Source of the DNA: Octopus vulgaris
Taxonomy: Eukaryota
Assembly (NCBI GenBank): GCA_951406725.2
Contig: OX597828.1
Span: 63,054,001-63,118,000, forward strand
Length of the DNA: 64,000 nucleotides
Reading direction: 5' to 3'
In this document: piece by piece, positions 54,273 through 64,000 of the stretch
How positions within the stretch are numbered: the stretch's first letter is position 1
How the letters are laid out: each line of letters begins with the position of its first letter
Made by a program: the position numbers and the translations under genes
The notes under the pieces: model-generated
The model's input: the letters and a program-made list of their open reading frames with translations, nothing else
The model's database searches: none
Told to the model about the DNA's origin: nothing

Positions 54273-55163
54273 ATGTCCAGAACCTGGAAACGTGACGAAC
54301 TGGCGTGGTTCCTGCGAGGATGGCAATGCGCTGACGGAGAAAATCCAAATAATATAATTACGGCTGCGCTGAAGAACAACGGATACAAAAGGACGTCAGC
54401 TCAAATAGAGCGGAAGAAGCAAGAATTTATACGCTCCTACGCACTTGTCAGATCGCACATTAACACGCTGGATGCCATTTTTGACAGCGAAAAACGCGCA
54501 CAAAGTAAAGATGGCAAGGATAGAGACGCGGGCGCTGATGAGGAGGGTCACCCCCACCTGGTAGACGCCCAGGAAGAAAACTCCAGTGAGAGGCCTGCCC
54601 GGGAGATGAACCCAGGTGCGGATGCTCCTACCAGCACCAAAAGCCATGGACATGGAGATGAAAAAACCAAAAAAGGAAGAAAAACTGAAGCTAAAACACA
54701 GACAAAGCCAAGGGGCAAGGCAGCCAGGGATAGAGGCAAACCTAACTATCCATATGCCAAAAAGGATGGAAACAAGCAGCGCACACGGGTATGTAGGTTC
54801 TACCTGAAAGGTGCCTGCAGGCATGGAGAGGAAGGTGCAGGCTGCCGCTTTGCACATCCGGGACCCTGCCACAGAAACCAACCACCGAAAGGAAATGGGA
54901 TGGACCACGCATCACCTGCCCCAAAACGGAGGTACGCAGATGTGGTGCGTACCACATACCACCAATGTGTTGTTGAAAGAGCAGCTGCTGAGCAGGAATC
55001 TTTTTTGTGCATGGCACAAAAGATTGTACAGCAGCTAACCTGGCTCCATCAGGCTCAGGCTCGCAGATGGAACTGCCCACAGTTCACAAGACCGCCACAG
55101 CAGATGGACCCAGGGTGGACACCGCCGGCAACAGCATACACCTCACCTCGATGCTCCTACTGA
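54273..55163 (+). CDS. LINE ORF1 protein, 296 aa: N-terminal Myb/SANT-like (trihelix) domain, charged linker, CCCH zinc finger
   Basis: [17 protein letters not shown]...[29 protein letters not shown] fits W..E...l..w...i...L...GY.Rt..Q...K......[24 protein letters not shown] is C-x7-C-x8-C-x3-H. Confidence 0.75.
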   Translation: MSRTWKRDELAWFLRGWQCADGENPNNIITAALKNNGYKRTSAQIERKKQEFIRSYALVRSHINTLDAIFDSEKRAQSKDGKDRDAGADEEGHPHLVDAQEENSSERPAREMNPGADAPTSTKSHGHGDEKTKKGRKTEAKTQTKPRGKAARDRGKPNYPYAKKDGNKQRTRVCRFYLKGACRHGEEGAGCRFAHPGPCHRNQPPKGNGMDHASPAPKRRYADVVRTTYHQCVVERAAAEQESFLCMAQKIVQQLTWLHQAQARRWNCPQFTRPPQQMDPGWTPPATAYTSPRCSY

Positions 55164-55327
55164 ACATCAGAGGACTACTAACACACAGTAACAGGACAAA
55201 AGTCCCGTTCCTGAGAGACTTTGTCGCATGCAATCAAGCCTTATGCATAGCACTCGCAGAAACGCATCTGAAACCGGACATAGCAGATGCGGAATTACAC
55301 ATACCACAGTATGTTGTACTACGGACC
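55151..55327 (+). CDS. LINE ORF2 start, apurinic-like endonuclease (partial, runs into the gap)
   Basis: MLLLNIRGL...[33 protein letters not shown] carries the NIRGL, ETHL and Y...R.DR motifs of non-LTR retrotransposon APE domains. Confidence 0.85.
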
Positions 55328-55447
55328 GACAGGAAAGAAAGGAGTCANNNNNNNNNNNNNNNNNNNNNNNNNNNNNNNNNNNNNNNNNNNNNNNNNNNNN
55401 NNNNNNNNNNNNNNNNNNNNNNNNNNNNNNNNNNNNNNNNNNNNNNN
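55328..55447. other. Assembly gap (120 N)
   Basis: Run of N. Confidence 1.
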
Positions 55448-58132
55448 TTTTTATATTCATGCTATTTTTCTACGGAAGATATCTTGCCTTTTTTGTCATT
55501 TGTGAAATTTTCATGTTGGAAATACATAATACATGTTAACCTTGGTTTAGCATCCACAACCATAGAAAGACCAGAAACATAAAACTTAGAGAAATGTACA
55601 GCTTCTGATGAAATACATACATATATTCACACACTTACATGTACATTATACACACATACATGATGTGATACATATATACATATGTTGTAACCCACATGAC
55701 CACTGTTGTAATCCTTAAACTAAGATTGTTATAATGTCCACTCTGGTATAGCTGTATAGTTAGTAAGACAAATAAGACCACTACTATCTTTAACTGTCTA
55801 CTTCATACTCTCTCTCTCCATACTGACTGATGTCACCTTATTTATGGTGACCAACACATACCACTTGTTAGTGGGAGGGGTGGGGTATACCATTATTACT
55901 ATTATCCCCATATCTCTCCTTTTAAGTTTTTCTTTTTTTTCTTAGGGAGTGTCATTTTCTTTCAATAGCAATACTTTTTATATCACCCCACCTCCCTTTT
56001 TAAAGTTTTCGGCGTAACCCTAACCCTAGACACCGGGTGCGTGTATTCTCTACCTTCGCCTTATTTAATAATGGCTTCAAATTTTGGCACAAGGCCAGCA
56101 ATTTCGGGGTAGGGAAGAAGTCGATTATATCGACCCAAGTGCTTAACTGGCACTTTTTTTAATCGATCCCAAAAGGATAAAAAGCAAAGTCGACTTCGCC
56201 GAAATTTGAACTCAGAACGGACGAAATGCTGCTAAACATTTTTCCGGGCGCGTTAATGACTCTGCCTTATTGTTTAATAATAACGTTAAATAACAACATC
56301 AGCAATAAATGATATTTCTTTCTTTTGTAGTTTTGTTGTTGTTGTGACTCACTCCTCTTCTGAAACCCTCCAGACTTCAACAATAACAACACTCAACAAT
56401 AAGAAACAAACAATGAGAATAAGAAATAAGAGATACATTATAATATAATCAGCTCAGCCGTTCTCCTCACGTCTTTTCTTGTAACAATCATGATAATAAC
56501 ATTATCATCCTGAACAACAATAATGATAATAATCAACATTATCATTATAAGCAATAATAAAAGTAAAAATAGCAACACACGAACAAAAATACAGAAAGTA
56601 TCACAAAACAACAAAACCAGCAACAACAACTTCCACAACAATAAATTCGATGTTTGACTAACTAACACAAAATCAAAAACCACTGAAAACAACAACAAAG
56701 GCAAACCACTGACTAACAACAATAAAAACTTCCTAAACAACATCCCTCCACTCACACTCCAACTTTCAACACCAGACGACATCACTCACACTACAACTTT
56801 TGCGCCGCTTCTCTCCTCCTACTGCAACTCAACTGACGAGAACGCGCAATGCTCCCATCACTTTAACAACTACTACCACTACTGCTACCGTTACTGCAAC
56901 CACTATAGGTCTTACTCATCCTACCACTCTTTATCACTTCCTACTTTTCTTTTCTTTTTCCTCTTCTTTTGTTGTATTCCTCCTTCATTGTTGCTCTCTG
57001 TTTCCCTCTTTTTTATATCTCTCTCTTTAGTACACACACTCTCTGGATAATACAATTTTATTCCTTTTCTCTCCGTCTTTGCCTTGTGTTCCCACTCATT
57101 TTGTGAAGTCTTCCTCTCTAACGCCTATTAGTACCACTTTACTACTCACTCTCACTCACATCCTCTCTCTCTCTATCCCTTTTATACATGCACACCCTCC
57201 GTCTTTCTCTGCGCCTGATACTATTACGCTTTCTGACTTCGTTTGTTTTTCTCTTACTCCCCCCATTTACTTGCTACCCTCACTCCATTATTACTTATAC
57301 ATTCACCAACTCCCACTCAATTACACACCGAAGCTTCACTCACTTATACGGCATTGCTACCCCCTCTCTTTCTCTCTCACTTACTCATTTACAGACACAT
57401 ACACTTATTACGGTTTCTTCCTTTATCCTTCTCTCTTTCTCTGTCATACACTCTCCCTGACACATTCGGCATTGCTACTCTCTCTACATAGTCTCCTCAC
57501 CCTTTACCTCCACATAGTCACACACAAAGCCTAGCTACTCTCTCTCTCTAAAGACAGTCTTTTCCTTCTTCTGCATCCCCCTTTCTCTCTACTTACACAT
57601 TGCTACTCTCTCCGCTCTCTCTCCCTTTCTCTCTCACTTTACTCAATCTCATACTGTGTCTGTTTTTCTGTCACAGATACACTCACAGACATTGCTACCC
57701 TCACTGAACCCCTTTCTCCACACAGATTTCTCTTCCTCTCCCTCTGTCTTCACAGTGTCTCTCTCTCTCTCCCTCTCTCTCACGTTCTCCCGCCTCCTCT
57801 TCCTCTTTCCATCCCTCTCGTCTCCACTTTTGTCTCTCTCTCCCAAACTCTCATCTGCCGGGGCTGAGTGAAGTTTGCTGTGTTTGCCAGACGACCATGG
57901 CGCAAAACGCCACGGGCGGTGCTGTGAAGGCTTTACAATTGGAACTGAAGAAAATCCAAGAGGAACCGGTCGAAGGATTTCGAGTAAATTTGACGAACGA
58001 TGACAATTTATTTGTGTGGGAGGTGGCGATTTTCGGTCCCCCCAGTACATTGTATGAAGGGGGTTATTTCAAGGTGAGTAAGCCTTAGTTGTGTGTGTGT
58101 GGAGAATGTGCAACTATTGTGGACAGTACAGA

Positions 58133-58195
<63 letters not shown>

Positions 58196-58435
58196 GACAA
58201 TTATGTATGTATTGTGTGATTATACTAAATACATAGATACAGACAGAAAAGGATGTGTGGATGATTATGTATAGTAAAGTGGGTATAGGATTCAGAGCGA
58301 TATATTGCATATATATATATATATAAAAGATGTATTTATTGTTATATATACATCACTATGTAAAGTATAGTATGTATATTCATACATGGTTGAATACATA
58401 TTGTGTAGGAAAGCAAGGAAAAAGGCCAATTTATA

Positions 58436-58480
<45 letters not shown>

Positions 58481-59990
58481 AGAGAATGTGAATAGGTGTA
58501 TATATAGATGTGTATAGTATGAAATACGAGATCGTTAATACATACACATGTGCATATGTGTGTGTGTGTGTATAAATATATATTCAACTCGAGCTATTGC
58601 CTAAATATGTCTGCTTCTAGTCTTTTTTTGTTTTTTGTTTTGTTTCTGGCTTGTGAATGTAAAATATATAAATATTATAATGTAATGCCCGATGCGATCG
58701 ACTGAAATCTTCAGTGCAGTGTTACAGCATGGCCGCAGTCCACTGATTTCTAAACCAGTGAAAGATTTGTGTGTGTGTGTGTGTACTCATAATAATAATT
58801 ATTAGAATCTGACCAGGTATGTAATGTCGAAGAGAGCGTTCGATTAATCGAGATCGATAAAGTAAGTACACGACTGAAATAAGTATTGAGGGCGATACGG
58901 AGTCGGTGCCCCAGTATGGCCGCACTCCAGTGACTAAGACCTCTACACTAATAGACACCACACACACAGGCCGTTGTACTAATACATATATATATACACA
59001 CACACACATATATATATACATTAAAGCTTTAAATATACACATTTCATGTATGTATGTCTACTAATATAACGTATACATGAGTATAATGTGTATAAAACTT
59101 GTCATTCTTTTACCTATTACTTTTCTATGTTATATATACCCTCTTATACACACAATTTCATTCAATATATATACTCTGAAGCGATCTATTATACATATAA
59201 TTCGTTGGTGTATATAACAAATATAGGTATTATTCGTTATGGAAATGCATATACAGCATGTATGTATACACACACACACACACATATATATATAATGTGT
59301 ATACATTTAAATGTATAATTTATATCTATTTTGCATATGTATATTTACACGAATGTATATAACGTATGTCAATATGAGTGACTGCACTCACACAATGTAT
59401 ATAGGCAAGATCGTGTGCATATAATGTGTATCTACTTTATTTTGTGTGTATAATGTATATCTACTTGCTCGTGAATGTACGATGTGATGTCTAATAATTG
59501 TATATCTTAGTGTTCTGTTTGTAATGTATAATTTACATGGCTATTGGATGTGTATAATACACTAATTGTGTGGATATATGAGTAATATATGTAAGTAAAT
59601 GATTGTGTGTGTTTATAATGTATACATGTACGTGTGTAATGTGCACTACATGGTTCTGTGTGGGTTTATAACCAGGGTACTTTGTATGTATATATATATA
59701 TATAATGTGTCCACGTTATATATACATATATATGGCAATCGGCATTGTTGTTAAGATCGTTATAGTCACGAGTGTATATTTTATCCATATGTACATTAGA
59801 GAAATTATATAATCTATGTATATATAATTTATGCTTGTGTGTGTATATATATATGGGTTAAATCTTGCAGTGTATGTATATATTGTTTATATTTGCATAC
59901 ACACACCATCACAAACCTCACATCCTTTATTTATATAATAATGTATACCGATATTTGAATCTGGATTTCATGTATACAAAGCATAAAGAT

Positions 59991-60030
<40 letters not shown>

Positions 60031-60149
60031 TCCTTCAGTGTGTAGAGTATATATTTTCGTTGTCTTTCCAAATCTCTCCTACCAAGCTAGTTTTGTTGTT
60101 GTCACTGCAACCATTGTTGTTGTTTTTTTACTACCACCGCCCTCTCTCT

Positions 60150-60185
<36 letters not shown>

Positions 60186-60443
60186 TAAAACGGTAAGATA
60201 ACAAAAGAAAGAAAGAGACCTCAATATTATGTAAATAGAGGAAATTTATCTATACAATAATATGTTACATTACTCGATAGTCAAGATAAAACTCTGAGTT
60301 TCAGATGCCGAAGTGGAAATCCACAACACCATCTCTTCGGTTATCTGGCTATTTCAGATAACCGAAGAGATGGTGTTGTGGATTTCCACTTCGGCATCTG
60401 AAACTCAGAGTTTTATCTTGACTATCGAGTAATGTAACATATT

Positions 60444-60495
<52 letters not shown>

Positions 60496-60717
60496 TACAC
60501 ACACACACATACTCTTTTACTCGTTTCAGCCATGACCATCTTGTCTAAACCGAGACCGTTATTGCTTTATATCCGTCACCCCCTTCACTATCTTTTTGTT
60601 ACCAAGAGGACGTTCTAATAGTTGTAGTAGTATTAGTATTAGTAGTAGAAATTGTTGTTGTCCAACGAATCGAATGAGAGGCTGAATGTATTGTAAGGAA
60701 GATGGTCACACACACCA

Positions 60718-60755
<38 letters not shown>

Positions 60756-60876
60756 TATACACATGTAGATATGTACCATTGTTGGAAAACATGGTGAACA
60801 TTCGAGCTGGAACGAACATGGACACACAATGATTTCACGTGGCTACACACATATGCAGATGTGTGTGTATATGTGT

Positions 60877-60914
<38 letters not shown>

Positions 60915-61076
60915 GAAATGAGGTACTCAGAAAATCGGATGGTTTTATATTTACAGATATTTATTTGTGTAAAAACATGTAATATACAAATAAATATCTG
61001 TAAATATAAAACCCTCCGATTTTCTGAGTACCTCATTTCTTCTAATATAAAATACCTGTACACCATCTCCAAACCT

Positions 61077-61119
<43 letters not shown>

Positions 61120-61437
61120 CACACACACACAAACATATTAGTATTTGTCAATATATATCGCGTTCTGAATGTGACGTCTTTGTGTGTCTTTGAAATCATT
61201 AAAGTTTTATTTAAAAAAAAAATCATCTGTCAAGCTATCTACGTTTATTTATTTGATCATCTCCAGGTATAACAATATATATATATATAGTGTCAGTAAA
61301 TACACACACACTCGAGCATACATTCAAACACAATTCTTACTGGCTTTATTTTCCGTGGCCATGCTGAAGCACCGCATTTGTGTATGTGTGTGTATATCTA
61401 TCTGTCTGTCCGTATGTGTATGTGTGTGTATGTATGT

Positions 61438-61495
<58 letters not shown>

Positions 61496-61828
61496 TATAG
61501 ATATAGGCGGACGACGGAAACAATCTGAATAATCGTTATTTCTTTTGTTCAAACGTTTCTTTATCCAAACGACAACAGAATTCAAAACCAGTGATAGTGT
61601 TTATATTTACATCTTGGCTGTGTTCTCTGCAAACCTTATCGAATTGTATTATATAAGGATTTTCAAACACAATGGCCTCGGTTGTAAATACACACACACA
61701 CATATTCACCTAGGGTTCAAATACAGGCTGTTATCCTCGTGGTTATATTTTATTTTGGATGCCTTTTTGTTTTCGACCGGTAAAATTCAGTGCTTATTGT
61801 TCGGAATGTATTTAGATTCAGTGTGGTT

Positions 61829-61882
<54 letters not shown>

Positions 61883-61890
61883 TATATGTA

Positions 61891-61984
<94 letters not shown>

Positions 61985-61987
61985 GAC

Positions 61988-62018
<31 letters not shown>

Positions 62019-64000
62019 TATAGACATATATGTATGTGTGTGTGTATATATATATATATATATACACACACGTCTGTGTGTGTACATACATATATTTGAT
62101 AAATATATGCATTGTGCACTGAATATTTTGCCATAACCTTAAATTGTAGTTCTTCCGGCTTTTTTTCTTTCTCGAAAACGTGAATTTATAACAGTTGTGT
62201 GTGTACATGTGTATGTACATATGTATGTGCGTGTGATATACTCTATTGAAAGTGAAAAACCTCGCAAAACTTAGTCCGAGGTTCGTTTCTGATTGTCGTG
62301 TGTTCACGTGCGTACAGAAAAATTAGAAATAATGAAATCGTGTCTGTATGTTGTTATGCTTAATTTGCATTAGACTTGCCGTGCCATTAGTAACATCATG
62401 AACATCACATCTTCACATTGTTCCTCATTATATGGAAGCAGCTCCATATTTGTCCTAAGAATTCTGACAATGCTTTTGTGTGTGTATCTCTCTCTTTGTC
62501 TTTCCCTCTGTGTTTCCAGTGTGTTCTTTGCATGGACGTCTTCTTCCTTGTGTGTGTGCACGAAACACGTATGTGTTTTGAGATATGGAAATAAAACGAT
62601 GATGGTGTGTGTGTGTGTGTGTGTGAGATCTAGTTTATTGTCATTGAAAAATGAATTCCATCCCGAGTTTAAAAAATTGAAACATTTACTGCAGTAACAA
62701 CGGCAATCAATACATCTCAAATTGCATTGTTTTTTATTGACAAATATAAACAATAGCATATACACACCACTGTGTGTATGTGTAATACGTTTTCTGCTTT
62801 GTTGAACGTCCATCAATCAGGTGATGGAGAGTTTTTTTTGGCCATGTTAAGGGCAGTGTACACATGTGAAACCACTTGGGGTTGCTGATGTCTTCAAATG
62901 ATGCTGTCTTGCTCTGTCTCCTCTTCCCACACCTCTTTCTACAGCTAGGAAGACGACTTTAGTATGTTTTCGCCATGGACGGAGGTGAAACATCAATAAT
63001 GTTTATGTGCAGCAGCAGCAGCAGCCGTCCTCACTACCAGCTTCTGGGCCTTGTGGTCAGCGATAGAACAACCAGATTACACAGACCACACCACACTGCA
63101 ATGCAGTAGTAAGGTCAGGATGCTCTCTCACTTGTATATGGGGGAAAGTTGGAGAGTAGCCGAGAAGGAAAATTAATTTAATTTTCTTTCTCCAAAGGAA
63201 ATCCAGACTCGACTGGAACTTGCTTCACTATAAAACAGGTGGGCTACGAGAGGATCTCTGTTGCAGGTTTTTAAAATTTAAAATTTTTAATAGGTTGGTA
63301 CTCAAAACTTTTTGTAAGGCCTCAGAGTGATGAGGTCTCTGCAGCCGATGCCCCACTTGACATCTGTAGTGGAAAATCTGGACAGGAGTAAACTGGGGTA
63401 GGTGGGTAGTGGTGGAGTGGTTTGTGGTTCTGGTCTGAACATGGATGAACCAGGGTTAGTGGTGGGCCTGGTCTAAATGTAGATGGAGTTAACCAGTTTG
63501 GATGGTGGGTCTGGTTTGAATGTGGGTGGACTGGACCAGTGTAGGTGGTGGTTCTGATCTGAATGTGGGTGGAGTAGACCAGGGTGGGTGTTGGATTCTG
63601 TCCTGAATGATGCTTGAAACAGTAAACTTCATCAAATGCATCTAATGGTGGTGGTGGTGGAGTTGAACCAGGTAGAGGATCTAATCAAGAAATGTGATGA
63701 TGTTTGCCATTGCTATAAACAAGTATAATCAGGTGAAAGAAGTGCAAATTGTTTCACACACACACACCAAATCTCCTGCACATGTCTTTACCACAAACTT
63801 TGATAGTTTTATAACAGTTTTTTTGTTGGACAAATATTTTTCACCATTGGTTGTATTTGACATTTCTTCATGCAAACTGGAGATAATACCAACTTCAGTG
63901 AATACTTATTATTATTATTGTTAATAGTAGAAGCAGTAGTTATGATATTTGTAGATAACATATTGTAATTGTGTTGAAAAACAATGTTTTCCTGGAAACA
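55448..64000 (+). repeat. Copy 2 of 39054-47654 (likely alternate haplotype)
   Basis: Starts exactly at the gap edge and is colinear with copy 1 to the window end. Confidence 0.95.
57897..58073 (+). CDS. UBE2R2: UBE2R2/CDC34 coding exon 1, second copy within the duplicated segment
   Basis: Same 59-aa translation and AAG|gtgagt donor as 41506-41682. Confidence 0.85.

Larger units (their letters stand above)
54268..55327 (+). mobile_element. 5' part of a young two-ORF LINE (APE endonuclease type, CR1/L2-group-like), cut by the assembly gap
   Basis: Abrupt switch from (TA)n to GC-rich coding sequence. Intact ORF1 is followed by an overlapping ORF2 that starts with an endonuclease. Confidence 0.85.

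Overview
AT-rich, microsatellite-dense eukaryotic DNA. The SINE families and (TA)n load suggest an octopod cephalopod (inference). The only confidently recognised gene segment is coding exon 1 of a CDC34/UBE2R2 E2 enzyme (41506-41682), repeated at 57897-58073 because 39054-47654 recurs almost identically after a 120-N gap, probably an uncollapsed haplotype. A candidate unannotated minus-strand gene with phase-compatible small exons lies at about 7-13.5 kb. Most of the rest is transposon-derived: tRNA-derived SINEs, RTE LINE tails, a decayed DD34D mariner with nested inserts, a Merlin MITE and transposase relic, three head-to-tail non-autonomous Helitrons, and foldback elements containing TTAGGG. 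The most notable signals are two different palindromes inside (TA)n tracts that encode a minimal Penelope-type hammerhead ribozyme on both strands, and the 5' part of a young LINE whose ORF1 joins a Myb/SANT-like (trihelix) domain to a CCCH finger, abutting about 4.5 kb of TA/TG repeat. No databases or folding tools were run; all calls come from reading the sequence.
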